Position numbers and translations under genes: made by a program. From Epiperipatus broadwayi (Eukaryota > Animalia > Onychophora), in the NCBI GenBank assembly GCA_028023455.1, contig JAQFVV010000001.1, forward strand, positions 372,001-436,000: a DNA stretch of 64,000 nucleotides, written 5' to 3'. This document shows positions 38,173 to 52,323 of the stretch, in pieces; the stretch's first letter is position 1, and each line of letters starts with the position of its first letter. A model generated the notes under the pieces. The model did no database searches, was not told where the DNA came from, and worked only from the letters and a program-made list of their open reading frames with translations.

Positions 38173-38949
38173 AGGCATATTAAACATTATAGTATAATTA
38201 CAGCTTCATTAACGCATGCGAAAAAATCGCATATGTATAATAAAGTTTTATGCAAAATTTAAAAAATTATAGCTAAAAAATAAAGCAACCAATTTGTTTC
38301 AAATGTAAATCTAATCAAGATAGTTTAAAACAAATAAATAGTTTCTTATTAAATAATCGTAAACAATAACCTTTTATCCATAAAAATATCAAGAATAAAT
38401 ACAAATTTATCTATAGATACTTGAGTTTCAGTGCCCATAACATTACTTATTGATATTAAATGATTTAAGTTCTTTTAACTTGTAAAATGTGAGCATGAAA
38501 TATATGTTTATATATATAATACGCAAAAATAAATGAGCATCAATTAATTTAAAATACAATATTTCATATTTTTGTTCCTTTGATTGTATAAAAAGAAATG
38601 AAAAAATTATTTTGTTTTTTCTTTGAAAACCATGTTAATTTCATAATGTCAATTTCAAAATACTTTTATTTTTGCTAAGAATTAATTTTGAAACTTTCTT
38701 TTAATTATATATATATTGTTAATTAGAAGAGATTTAAGACTTATTTAGAAAAAAAAATCTTTTGTTGGAAGCAAATTTAATTATCAATGTTTTTCAAATT
38801 TTCAGTTACTTAAAAGATTTATTTATTTAGTATATATATTTATTATCATTATAATTTTTTGGTCAGCTTAACTATTACCAAATCAAAAGAAAAAAAAATG
38901 TAAAAATTTCAACAAGGAGATGAATTCACTAATTGCCCTATTAAATCCT

Positions 38950-40500
38950 TCAATTTTTCCAATATAACCATAAACTATGTGGTTTCATGGTTTCTGTTTC
39001 ACCAATATCTTTCACTGATCAATAACTGTTAAATTCTATTTATGAAGCATATGAATACAATGATCATGGTTGTCTTAAATCTGTTGATGGAATTCCAACA
39101 ATGGCAGCTAGAAAGATCAAATTCAGCTGGCTTGCTGTTGGATCTAGATTAAAAAAAAATTGTTTGATCTTATAAGAAATCCATTTTATGCCTTAATTCT
39201 TCAATTGTAAATTCTTAGAGAAACATCCAAGAAAGGGATTTTAATTTGAGATAAAAATCTTAGGTGGCAAAATTATACTTGGAGTTTTTGAAAATGTTGA
39301 TCTACTTATTTAACAGCTTTCTATACATTTTCAGTGAAACCACTTTTCTTCTAATATGTGAAGAAATATATAAAAAAATAAAATAAAAAGCTACTGTAAA
39401 GGAGTACATTTGAGTGTACTAATATTTTTAATTTGGTAGTATTAATATATATATATATATATATAACAGTTGTTTGGATATTTTTTCTTCGAACATTCCT
39501 GACCAGTTTTTAAGGATTCCTAGACCTAACTTTAGATAAATAATAATAATAAAAAAAGATTATGATTCAAATGATATGATTCCCTGATGTTAATATTTGT
39601 CTTTGATAGATTTTAGGAATAAGATCCAAGTCTTTGAAAAAAAATTCCAAATTTGTCATATCCTTATTAAAAAAACTTTTCTATTTCCAGAAAAAAATCT
39701 CTTCTGTGGAATCAAAGCAATGTCAACATAGGTAAATTTTCTAGGCTCTATTTCTGGAAGATCAATGATGAATATACTGAATAAAGTAGATGATAGAAAT
39801 CCTATAAAATTTTATTTCTTCTAAAATTATCATTTGGTTTTATTTGAATTTTTCTACTGGAGAGCATTTTGTTAATTAATTTAATAATGCTCTACATTTA
39901 AGAATTTTAAAAGAAAAACATTTTTCCAAACAAAATCTAGGTGAGGTTAGATCCATTAGTACCAGTTTTAATTTATTTTGAAATTCGATTCCAATGTGAG
40001 AATCTCTCTGGCCTAAATTATCTTCTTTATAAATAGATGAGTCTCAATAATTGCAAAATTCTGATTAATATAATTTTTTTAAACAGTTTATAGGAACACA
40101 TAACAATGATATTGGGCAATAATTGGTTTATTTGGCTTTAAGACTGCTATATTTTTTTTCATGCTAAATTTTTAGAATAGTTTCTGTATTAATAATGTTG
40201 TTTTTTCCAGGTCTTAAATTAATTTTTTTTTCAAAATATGCTATCTGCTCCTAAGATCATTCTGATTTAAAGCAACCAAGGACAAGATCAAGTTCAAAAA
40301 TATCTATTGATTCCATTAGACAGATATTAGAGAAATATTGTGAATAAGAAATTTGCAGTTCTGCTCTAGTGATGTTTTTTCTTCTATCAATCTTGAGTTA
40401 GATTGGCATACTGAGATTAGTAGTGGTTTTTTTAGAAATGTTTTTACTTAACTAGATCTAAAGGTACTAATTTATTGTTTTAATAATAAGGCAATTATCC
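38950..40500 (-). mobile_element. Decayed LINE RT (Ingi/Vingi/I-like)
   Basis: Minus-strand remnants in order: IFELDLVL..FK, RPGK, SSTLFSIFIIDLPE..FTYVD-IAL (~39720-39800), AAIVGIPSTDLRQ (~39070-39110). The clade call is tentative. Confidence 0.6.
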
Positions 40501-40568
40501 TATTTATTATTGTTTTGTTGTGGTATGTAACTTTTCTAAATTCATTATAAAAATAAGAACATATACAG

Positions 40569-41008
40569 CAGGGATGCCCAACCCATAGCTCGCGAGTCAC
40601 ATGTGGCTCGCGCAACCGTTTAATGTGGCTCTCATTGCACTCTTCAAGAAAAATTGATAAAATATTTTATGTTCCTTGACGCCACATGCACACACTAAAA
40701 AATAAACATTTTTACAATACAAACAATAACGATATGCAGTGTCAGGTTTCACATTAAATAAAATAATTAGAATATACTTTTCCTGTAATTGTAATTTATA
40801 TGTATGTTACCAAATTTTTAATAAATAAATATAAATGAAATGTATTTACATTTTTTTTCTTTTTAACATATTACACCAGTTTTTTTTTTTGCAGTTTGTG
40901 AATTATGTTTATAAATGTAATATGAAAACTGCAATATATAATTGTGGCTCCCCAAATTTTTTTAATTTCTCAACTGGCTCGCGTCAAGTTAAATGTTGGG
41001 CATCCCTG
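40569..41008. mobile_element. Non-autonomous hAT element (MITE), 440 bp
   Basis: Perfect 14-bp TIR CAGGGATGCCCAAC / GTTGGGCATCCCTG and perfect 8-bp TSD ATATACAG (40561-40568, 41009-41016). Subterminal tgtggctc motifs. Confidence 0.95.
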
Positions 41009-42582
41009 ATATACAGGCTTGGAAATCATTTTGTATACAGTATCAGTTTAAGGACTATTAGTTCACAATAAAAAATCACTTCAGCAATGTAAATTGGCTA
41101 GATCAAATCATCTACTGCCTATCTTGGTAAATGACCAAAATAATGTCTTCAGAGAAATCTCATTTCAAATATATCTTCGAGTTACACTGGGTTCTTTTTT
41201 TCAAGCCTAACTACAAATTGAAAAAAGACTTTATGATTTCAATATAAATTACTTTCAACATAAAAAAAATTCTCTTAAGATTTCAATTAATTCAGATGAT
41301 TTATATTTTTAAATTGCTAAATAGAACTGCATAAACTTACACATATATAAACTTGGAGCCAATCTCATCACAAGAAACTAAACTATTGAAAAGATAAAAA
41401 GGAATCCATGAAGTTAAAAGACAAAAAACTATATCAACAAGTCATAATTAAACTTTTAAAGAATTGATATGCAAAAAAACTTCAACTATATGCAAGTTGA
41501 TTGGAAAAATTCTGCAGTAAAAAAAAAAAAAAATGCTTTATTCTATTTTTAATTTAAAGCTATATTTATTTAATTTCATTCTTATTTGAATAATTTTGAA
41601 TACTAAATCAAATATATTTAATATTTTTGATATATTCATTTATACATTTATTTTCTAAGATTTTAAAATATTTATTAAATTAGAATGTGCACATATTGCT
41701 TCCTGAATAAAAATATTTAAGAATTTAAATATGAATGGAAGATAATTTATTTAAATTAAATAACTATAAAAAAACTTTATTCGGTTAATGAGTTAAAACA
41801 ATATTGCTATTGGAAATATATCCCAAGTAAAGCTTTTATATTTATACATTTAATCATATATATATATGCAAAATAGTATACATTGTTATATCTAATCAAA
41901 TTAGTTAATCAAATACTTTATTATTTAAAACCAGTCTTAACTATTTATTCTCAATTCAAAATGTCTTCTGTATAAATGATAGTAATGTTGTATTGAGTAA
42001 CAATGATCTTGTGTTTGCATAAGCCAAGAGAATCGTTATCCCCACTGACTAAGTTTATATCTGGATTATAACATTTACTGATGTATATATGTGTTTATGA
42101 ATTAGTTGCCTTTTCCAAAAGGCAGATAGCACCCAAAATAAAAATATTTCTCTGCTTTGGGAATATGTAAATAATTAAAATCATACTTCGATTCAGGACT
42201 GCTACATGTGGGCATGCAGGGCATAAAGGCACTTCATCACAAGAGTGCCAAGATGCCTAGATAATTAATAAAATTTATATGTAAATTAAAATGTTTACAT
42301 TTAAACATGGAGTACTTCTTTACTTAAACTTATTGTGGTAATTTCTCAGCTGTGAATATCGAGGCTCGAGCTCAAATCTACTATATATATATATATATAC
42401 TCTTTTCTTTCAGCTAAATCAATCATGCTGATGACATTTTGTTGTGAGAATAAAACTTATTTGTCTATGTTTAGATTTCTGAATCATTTTATTGTTAGAA
42501 ACACGTTCATTTTTAATTATATATAAGTGGAATAATTCTTTACTTAGATATGTTGTGATTTGCTTGTCTCAAATTTGTTACA

Positions 42583-43870
42583 TACATCATCATCATCATC
42601 ATCAACCATTATCAATCCACTGCAAAATGAAGGTCTCTCCAAGTTCAATCCATCTATGATCCTTAGCTTCTCTTCTCCATATCACCCCTACACACTTTCT
42701 TATTTCATCCATCCATCTCACATGTGGTCTCCTTCTGGTCTTTTACAATCTCTTAGAATCCAGTTTAATATTTCAATTGTCCATCTATTATCATATCTTC
42801 TAGAAATATGTCCAGCCCAACTCCACTTCAGTCTTTTAATTTTTACAATGAGGTCAGTAACACCTTGTTTTCTTACCCATATATTGCATTTTTGATCTCT
42901 TCTTGTTACTCCCAACATGCATCTCTCCATACTTCTTTGAGTGGTCTAACGTCTCTATATTGCTCTCCTATTAAGTGTCCAAGTCTCAGATCTATAAATA
43001 AGAACTGGTAAAACACATTTATTAAAAAACTTCCTTTTCAAATACATAGGCATATTTCCTTTTAGTATCAAGTTATTTCTACCAAAAGCACTTTAACCAA
43101 GTTTAATTCTATGATTAATTTCATCCATTATGTTTCCATCTGTATTAATAATGTTACCAAAGTATTTGTAACTGTTAACTTCTTCTAACTCATCATAATC
43201 AATCTTTATTTTCATATTTTGAAAAAATCCATTAAACATTACTTTAGTCTCTTTAACATTTATCTTTAGTCCTACTTTCATCTGATAACTCCTGCAACAT
43301 TTCCTGCAGCTCTACAGCATTATTTGCAAAAACAACTACATCATCTACAAAATCTAAATGACTTAAATAATCTCCATTTACTTTCACTCCTTTAGCTTCC
43401 CATTTTAGTCCACAAAATTCTTCTTGAAGCATTGCTGTAAAAAGTTTTGGAGATATGGAGTCACCCTATCTTATACCCTTCTCAATGTTGACTTTCCCAG
43501 TATCATTATGTAATCTAATTGTTGCTGTTGCATTTTTATAAATATTCTTTAAAATATGACAATATCCTGGATCTATACCTTGATGATCCAATGCTTTAAT
43601 CACTGAAGAAATGTTTACAGAATCAAATGCCTTTTCATAATCTACAAATCCAAAGCATAATGGCAACTCATATTCATTTGTCTTTAACTTCTCTCAATAT
43701 CTGGATATGATCTACTATACTAAAACTACTTTTAAATTCAGCTTGTTCTCTTGGTTGGTGGAAATCCAATGTTTTCTGTAGACAAGTTGTAATTATCTCG
43801 GTAAAATTTTTGTATAAAACTAATATATATACCCTACCATTACACAAAAGTGAACAGGCCAACACCTTTT
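42583..43870 (-). mobile_element. RTE-clade LINE, 5'-truncated, with (TGA)n tail
   Basis: EQAEFKSSFS..DHI, PLCFGFVDYEKAFDSV, KVGLKINVKETKVM..YKYFG, MERCMLGVTRRD..LKWSWAGHISRRYDNRW. (CAT)n at 42583-42603. Confidence 0.93.
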
Positions 43871-46800
43871 TGTCACTATAATTAATAAAATTTATATGTA
43901 AATAAAAATGTTTAGATTTCCCAATCACTTTTATTTAAATATTTTAATTTATATAAAAAGGAACATATTATTATTAATAATTTATTTTATAATATAACCT
44001 TTTAAAAATATTTCCTCATAATTACAGTAATTCTGCATGTAATAAAATTATTTATATCACTGATATTTTCCAGAATCTATCTGTCTTATTTACTTTAAAA
44101 TAGTGATACCATGTCTAATTCTGGATTGTGGAATCCTAAAATCAATTTTGCTAGTGACGTCTACAAAGTTTTCACTACAGTAATAGTAATTTTTTTTATT
44201 ATACCATATTATATTTTTATAATTTTATTAAATAGCCTTTTCTGTTTTAAAAAACAATATTACATTTTTAATGTTATATTATTGTTTAATGGTCCTCTGT
44301 TGATTGTAACTTGTAACTGCTTGATTGAGAAAGTATTAAAAATGTCTACAAAATATGTTATCTATTCTAGTGAAAGAAATCAATTGTTTGATTTTTTTTT
44401 GCTTATTATAATCTATCATTAACCAAAAGAAAGTCGAAGATGTAGTATAATGGCCTCCAAAAATTTACCAAATAAACAATGTGTGAAACTTTCTTCCCTT
44501 TAGTAAATTCCCTAAATATTTGACTATATAGTATGATTAAGTTTTTAAAGTGAAATAACAAGCATACAAAAAATATTCTATTATTGAACAAATATTAGAG
44601 ATTGAGAAAATAACTTTGTTAAAATGGTAGAAAACATAATTTATGCATGAGAGATTCCAATGAAACAAAAAAACAAGAGTTATTTTGAACTAATTAATAT
44701 ATTGGCAAGAATCAACCTAGGTTAAAACAAATTATTATTTACCACATTGTGGCTACCAAAGTCAGAAAAAATAATACATAAATAAAAAAGTAAAAATGTA
44801 AATAATTTTAATTTTTTAATATTCTATTGTCTTTTGTTAAACAAAATTATATAAAATTCATTTTGTTATAATTAACTAATTTTATTTCATAAATAAGTTT
44901 TTTTTTTTTTTACATGATAAAAAACATTTAGATATTTAAAAAAATAAATTATCTTACTTGCAAATATAAATATATTAAAATTGTACAAATTGGTACTTCT
45001 AATAGTGCTTAATTATTATAAATATGATTTTGTGCAATTTTATTAAATCAATATTTGAGAAACAAAATAGAATACATATAATGCAAAAAATATATATTTT
45101 ATTTTCTTCAATGTTTTCTTGCAAATCTGTTAATAACATTATCCTGATTTTATTACTATTGTTTTTGTGTATTCTGATTCAATACATAAAAATGCTAATG
45201 AAGAGCTGATTTCATATTAACGTGACCAGAACATTCTGAAGCATTTAGGTAAACAATATAACTGAAAAATCTGCATTATTGCATATTAGTGCTTCTACAA
45301 TTGAATTACTTCACATATGATATTCATTGTAGGACATAAATTCAAGCAGCCAAAAAAAAAAAAAACAATTTCATTTAGCATGTGATAAAATGTTTTAATT
45401 TTTGCAAAAAACGTAGATCAAGCAAATCTGAGGCTTTGATAAATGCGAAATCATGTGCCATCACAATGCACTCACATCAGCTCTGTTTATGAGATTAGGG
45501 ACACTGAAATTTATCTTGCACAAAGATGCCTCAAGTCCATGCAATGGTCCTGCTTGACCTTTAGTATGCATATATGCATGCACATAGCTAATGTCACTTG
45601 AATTATTGCTGTAATAAGGAATTGATTATATCTGATTATTAGAATCTTTATATAACAATTTTATTTACAGTTACATTTTATTATACCCATATAAAGTCTT
45701 GCAACAGTTATGTATTTGGCAAGCTAATGTGAAACTCTATACACATAGTAAGCTACTGAGAGGACTTTTGCATATCATTACAAAACATACTTTTGGTAAC
45801 AATTATTATGCCTTTATCAGTCATTAGTAATTCATCCAAAGATTTTAGCTTTAAAAATTTAAGTGTAATCTGACAAAGTAGAAAAAAAGTTCTGAAAAGG
45901 GTTTATATTTATTGAATAAACTTAAATATTTAATTAAGAAATAGCAATTCTTTATGACTTTCTTAGAATAAATCTATCTACAAAGATAAATGAAAATCCA
46001 CAAAATATTATAATTTATTAATGTTACATCATATTACTTCAAAAATCCTTGAATAGTAAATAAAGTATCAACAATTTATATATTATCCCTTATCTTTCAA
46101 AAACAGATATTATCCTAATTTCAAATCACTTTTTTTTGTGACTTTATTATGACCTTTAAACAAAAAACAATCTATCATCATCTTATTTTCTTTTCACTAA
46201 TGTAATATTTAGTTACGGAAAGAATAAAATCAAATACTTTAAATATAGGTTTTATGCCCAATAATACTTTTTTTCTCTCACAAAGTATTTTTAAAATAAT
46301 AATAATAATAAAAGGAAAAAAAGAAAATGATTAAATGATATGTTTAGATTTAAGTAAATATAATTATTTAAACAATAATATATGTTGCCATAAAATAAAA
46401 AATAAACAATATATTTATTTTAAAATCCTTAACAATAAAAATGAGATAAAAATTAATAATGACAATAAATGATTATTTATGGTAATAAAATCTTTTTAAA
46501 AAAATTAGAGAAATAACTTTATATATAAAAAAATCTAAATATGAACAAAAAAAATATATATTAAAAAAACCCCTGCAATATATTCTAGGAATGCTTTTTT
46601 GAAAATGAATATAAATCTTCTTTAATAAACAGTTTCAGTTTAAATACTAATCTGAAATGAAACTATTTATTTAACTACAGTTGAAATTCATTAGAAACAT
46701 TTTTATATAGCTGCAATCATCGGCATTAGGTTCTTTTTAAAAAACTAAATTATAAATTAATTAGATGCCATACTCAATTCTTATTTTTTTTATAAAAAAT

Positions 46801-48664
46801 TATTTATGTAACTTTTTGCTTTTTAAAATCAATATTAACATATAATATTTGCTATATACTGAATATATAAAATATAAACTATTAATTTCCGAATGTCATA
46901 TATAGTTTTGCATGTTTTGGTTCTCAAATTTCTTATAAACTTCCAAACAATAAACCATTTATTTAATTTAAAATCACATTTCATTTAGAAAAAATATAAC
47001 ACACATTTAGTTTAATTTATAAAAGAATATATATATTAAAAAAAAATAGTAACAAACACATAAAATTGCATTTGATTGAAAATAAAAAAAAATTAATATT
47101 TTCTGTAAGATATTTATCTTTTTTTATTTATGAAATTTTTTAAAGTGAAACAGCATCATCCACATGATTTATTTAACAATTACCATAATTTGTGTATTGA
47201 TAATTGAATAATAAATATAGTATTTGATTTACATAAATCTTATCATCAGCCTAAATATATTGATTGCAAAATGAGATTCTTGGTGTGAATATTTATCAAT
47301 TGCTTCAATATTTCTATTATAAATTTAATATAAATATATTCAAACTGGAATTATTTGAGTGAATACTGTAATATATTATAATAAATAAAAATGTTGATAA
47401 ATTAATTTATCAGATGAACAAATAATTCATCAATTAAAAAAAAATTCACTAGTGTCCAATAACTATTTTAATGGTTAAAAAAATTTTTTTTAATTAATAC
47501 CAGAAAAGTTAAAAATTTTGAAAAAAGAAATGGATAAGTTAACAGTAAGAAAAAAGCACTAATTATTTTCAGAAAAAAAAACAAACAGAAACAATTATGA
47601 CCAAGTAATGGAAAAAAGAAATTAAAGATTATAAATAACTGCCTGATGATGGCTAAAGACTATTTCTTTTGGAATTATCAGTAATAAAATTTATATGATA
47701 ATCTTAAAAATAAAATCATGTCTTTAAAAAACAATAACAACCATATAATAATAATAAATGAAATGCTGTATACAGAAATAATTACAAATTTAAGATTATA
47801 GTCCACAAATTATAAAAAAGAGAGAAAGGAAACAGATTGAAAAGTTTAGTAGAAAATGCAAAGATAATGATCAATATTTAATTTTCAATTTATAAAAAAA
47901 AATACTTGAATAAATCCAGATGACATTAGTAAGATTGTATGTATTCATTCAGACTTTTCACAGAATCTGATTATAATTTATATTTAAAAAAAATTGAGAT
48001 TATAATTTAAAAAATTATAAAAAGTAAAATTTAAAAAAATGAGTGTACAATATTTTTCAGAATAGTTTCCATCAGTAAAATAGCTTCTGAATTATTGGCA
48101 ATCATTTTGAAAAATGTTTTAAAATGTGTTCACATGCAATCATAATAATATATTTAATAATGTCCAAATATACCCAAAATTAAGAAATTACTTATTTAAC
48201 AGAACATGAAGCAAAAAAGTAATGACACTAAAAAACTAGCTATAATTCTGAACCCCTATTTAAAAGATTTCTTTAAAAAAATCAAATTCCTTCAATAGTA
48301 CTCAGCAATTATACTATTTATAAAAGATTCACTAAACTTAAATTCTTTGCTAATAGTATATATATATATAGAGAGAGAGAGAAAGCGAGAGAGCGAGAAA
48401 TGGCTAAAACTACAAAACTCATTTCAAATAATGATAATGCTCAAATATCATTGTGCATCATGGAAGTTGGCAAAAAAATTCTAACAATGATAATGAACTT
48501 GAAGCTAGTTACATAAAAAAAATGATTAATTTTAATAATCCAGATGCTGTAACTTGGGAACATTATATGATATTTGAGACACAGCCAAGTTGCAATCCAT
48601 GAACATTTACTTTCCAAGTGTGTCACTCTTCCAATATACTAAACTAAAGAAGGCAAATGATTTT

Positions 48665-48760
48665 TCACTAATGGATATAGACCTTGGAATTTTAGGTAAA
48701 TTAACTAAACAGTCACTAATAGATATAGACTTTGGAATGTTAGATAAATTAACTAAACAG
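48665..48760. repeat. Tandem duplication, 2 x 48 bp, followed by a G-run
   Basis: tcactaat.gatatagac.ttggaat.ttag.taaattaactaaacag occurs twice. Confidence 0.85.
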
Positions 48761-49794
48761 GGGGGGGGGAGTAATGAATAAATAGCAAATGTAACTGATT
48801 GAAGTAAAAGCTGATTAGAATAATGAAAAAGGTCAACTGATAATCAATAAATAATAAATTTAATCTAAACCAACAACCACATTTCAAACAGCAATTTTAT
48901 CAATCAGTTATTCCATTGATAAAGAAATTGCAATATTGGCTTTAAAATTAAATAATTATGCATTTAATTATTCCATGGTATTTCTAACATCAATATTGTT
49001 AACATTTTACCAGTTGATATTTCTGTAGAAAAAGGTTTGTTAATAGAGCTAAATACAATCCTTATTTATATGCATTGGAGATAGATAATCAGATTCCTCT
49101 AACTTGACTATAACAATTATTCAATTATAAAAATAAAATTTATACATTCTATATATTCTAAAAACATGTGGATAAAGATCAGTGAAAAAACAAATGATTT
49201 TGAAGATGCATTTCTGATAGAACCAACCATCATCTATTGGTAAGATCTTTGACCATATATGTCATCATTATTATAGCTTAGTATTTATTCATAGCAAACT
49301 ACACAATTCAATTTATAAATGCGACATTACTTGAACAAATTCATTTTTGATGAAATTTTCAAAAATAAATTCATTCAAGTAATATGGCATTTGAAAATTC
49401 AATTGTAGAAGTTAACTATTCCATTTTTCATTTGGAACAATTATTCTTTGTTAATAGCCAACTTCGTGGAAGATCATTTTTTTCCACAGATCATGATTGG
49501 AAACTCAAATAAATCAAAAACTCATAATAGTCATATAAAATAAATACACATATATCTTTTTCCCTGATGCCAAATTCAATCCTAAATGCCTTGTAAATCA
49601 AAAATTTAATTTATTACTTTAAATTCAAAATATACAAACATCCAACTAAAAGTTTAAAATTGTAAAAAGTGATAATTATTTATTAAGAATATTAATAATA
49701 AAAAAAGTACTAACCTATAAATAAATATACTATGTAAAAACATTTCAGTAACTATAATTTTTTTTACAATATATCTTTTAAATAATTACACTCT

Positions 49795-49955
49795 TCTTAC
49801 ACCTTTTAAGCAAAAAATCTTTATTATTTTAATTACAGTTTCGACTGTTTCTCGCCATCTTCTTAAGATCCCATTCTCTCTACTTTTCCTTTTCCACCAT
49901 TTTATTTCACTATCCCATCATTAAAAAAAAAATTAATTTATTGATTGATTGGCTG
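49795..49955 (-). promoter_or_regulatory. Possible minus-strand TSS / first non-coding exon
   Basis: YY1-type AAGATGGCG (49853-49861) with local CpGs, CCAAT ~90 bp upstream, and a GTAAGA donor at 49800. Motifs only. Confidence 0.3.
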
Positions 49956-50334
49956 TCATTCTGCTTCTTACACAGTCAAAAAATGATATTCCCTGAATCA
50001 TGATTCATAAAATTAAAATAAATATAGGGAAAGGCACAATGTACATTTTAAAATTTATTTTTAGTGCACTTTATGTACTATTATCAAAGTTTTTATTTTA
50101 TAATATCTGACTGATAAAACTGATTTTTTTTTTTTTTTGCAGCTCTATGAATTTTTTTTTAGAGCAATAGTTCACACATTTATTTATTTTATATAAATAC
50201 AGTCAAACTTAAATAAAAATTAGATTTAAAAATGTAATGTATAGTTGATTGATATAGTTTTAAAATAATGTAAATGATTAAATCTTTTTTTTTTTAATAC
50301 AGTATTTTTTTTTGTTTGTGGAAAAGTCAACATT

Positions 50335-50880
50335 ATTTTAAATATGTCAAAAAGAAATGAAATTATTGATTTAAAATTAAGCAAATAAATATTTTAAACT
50401 TGTGTTTAAAAAGTTTTGGTCATATAGATTGTTAATTACAAAACTTTTTTCTCACTTTTTTTTTTTACTCAAAATGAACAAAATTAGCATTCATGAACTT
50501 TTAAATTTCAAAATTGAGTGGGTGAATATATTTTAACTAATGCACACATTTTACAATTTAATATTAATATGCTTTATTGCTGTATATGACCAACATTTAT
50601 CTTTAGTTTGTAGTGAATTAAATTTGTAATTTTGTCTTTTGTCAATAGTGTATTTTTTTAAAAATTTCAACAAAAACAGATATTATCATATATATGTCAA
50701 AAACAAATTACAAAATTATTGATTTAAAATTGAGCAAACAAATAATATTTTAAACTTACATCTAATAACTTTGATAATGCATATCATTTTTTTTTAAATT
50801 CAAAATAATTTATAATTAAAATGACTGTTTTTTGCTTCAAGAGAAATTAGCATTCATAAGAATTTTAATCCCAAATTGTC
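50335..50880. repeat. Diverged ~190-bp direct repeat pair (50335-50520, 50690-50880)
   Basis: atatgtcaaaaa..aaattattgatttaaaatt.agcaaa..atattttaaactt ... aaattagcattcat occurs in both copies. Confidence 0.65.
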
Positions 50881-52243
50881 TAAATAAATAAATTTTAGCT
50901 AATGTACACATTTAAAATTTTTACATTTAATAGACTTTGTTACTTTATATGAGTAAAATTTATTTTTAGTTTTGTACTGAAAAAAACTTGCATTGTTTTG
51001 CACTAATAGCTTATTAATGATGAAAATATTTTTGACTTTGAATATACCATAAATGAAAATACTGATAGTTTGCAAGGATACAGGATGAAAATTAAGTATA
51101 TTAATCATATTTTAATTTAATAATAAAGCATAATATTGTATATTGTATAATGAATAAACTTTGTACTGTTTTTTTTTTTAGAGTGAATGTCACCACTTTC
51201 TCTTCAGATGTCATAGCTTTAATGAACTTACTATTCTATAATACATTAATTTACCAGTTTTAAAAAATGGCAGATTTTTTTTTTTTTTTTAAAGTTTTAC
51301 ATTTTTCTTAAAGATTGTTGTAGTAAATATCTGATTGGAAATTAAAATAGTGTTTACAAAATAGTGATGATCACTATGACAAATTCTTGGCATAAAGATC
51401 CATCATATTCTGGGGGTAAAAGTGTTCTTAGAAGACAAATTCTATAGAAGTTAAAGGCACAGAAAATACATGCAATTTAAGGAAAAAATAAATTTCACTT
51501 TCAAGATAATGATGATTATTAAATCAATAAAAACAAAACTTATTTTCTCCGAGTAAAACACTAATTCTTCTTTTAACATATTCCTCTGAAAAAGAAGACT
51601 TGTAGGTCTAGATTGGACCATTAAATAAAACAAAACCTCATAATTGTTACAGAAAGCAATTTGTATAACAATGATATAAATGCTTCTGAAACTGGAAATA
51701 CAAATAGAAAATACAATTTAGAAGAAATAAATTTTGTTAAAGCTACTTTCCAAAAAAAAAAAAAGAAAAGCACATCTGATCTATTTTGGGATTATTTATA
51801 GAAAATCTATCAAAGGGATCTATATTTCTTTCATTTATTTACAAAAATTATAGCCTTAAAGATTTTTCATGTCTTTGAAAACTACTGAGAGATTTGTAAA
51901 ACGTGGTTAATAACCATAATTAGGAAGGAATAAAAGAATGATAATATCAATAACAACTATTAACCAATCAATTGCTAAAGATCAATATTTAAATAACAAA
52001 TTGTGCCTACAAATCCAAAATATAATGAGAACAGGAACTGACAAATATGATTATTATACCCTCATTTCTAAACAATAATGTGGAACTATTTTTCATAAAA
52101 GAACTAATATAATGAAGTTTCATTTAAATAAATTGCAAAGATATGCCTGCAAAGATACTTCTTTCCAAATTTAATTTAAATATGACAATCTACTTTAGTT
52201 CATCAACATCAATATATTACTATATTTTTTCCTCATGTGTCAT

Positions 52244-52323
52244 AGCATCAGCCGGGAAGCGAACCCGCTAATCTAGGACAACTGTTGCAAAGCAGCGGTT
52301 GCTGATCTCACGACCACCAATGC
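52244..52323 (-). other. tRNA-like sequence (tRNA-Gly-like ends); pseudogene or SINE head
   Basis: GCATTGG...CTGATGC acceptor stem and T-arm CGGG TTCGCTT CCCG resemble tRNA-Gly(GCC). The anticodon arm is imperfect and the variable region long. No adjacent oligo-T terminator. Confidence 0.45.

Larger units (their letters stand above)
35894..38237 (+). mobile_element. Near-complete 5'-truncated Penelope-like element with inverted pseudo-LTR and 15-bp TSD
   Basis: Direct part 36417-38237: KEDKGN, PRMFANIKLHKENSPHRL, DVNELY, GWPMELPMS, YVDDIF, thumb, then GIY-YIG (VVYKIAC..YYGET). Inverted copy 35931-36416 mirrors 37758-38241. TSD TAATAAAGTTTTATG at 35879-35893 and 38238-38252. Frameshifted. Confidence 0.95.

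Noticed and set aside
42190-42260. CCHC zinc-knuckle-like peptide (CYM/CGHAGH..C)
   Set aside because: It needs a frameshift and has no surrounding ORF; too short to support.
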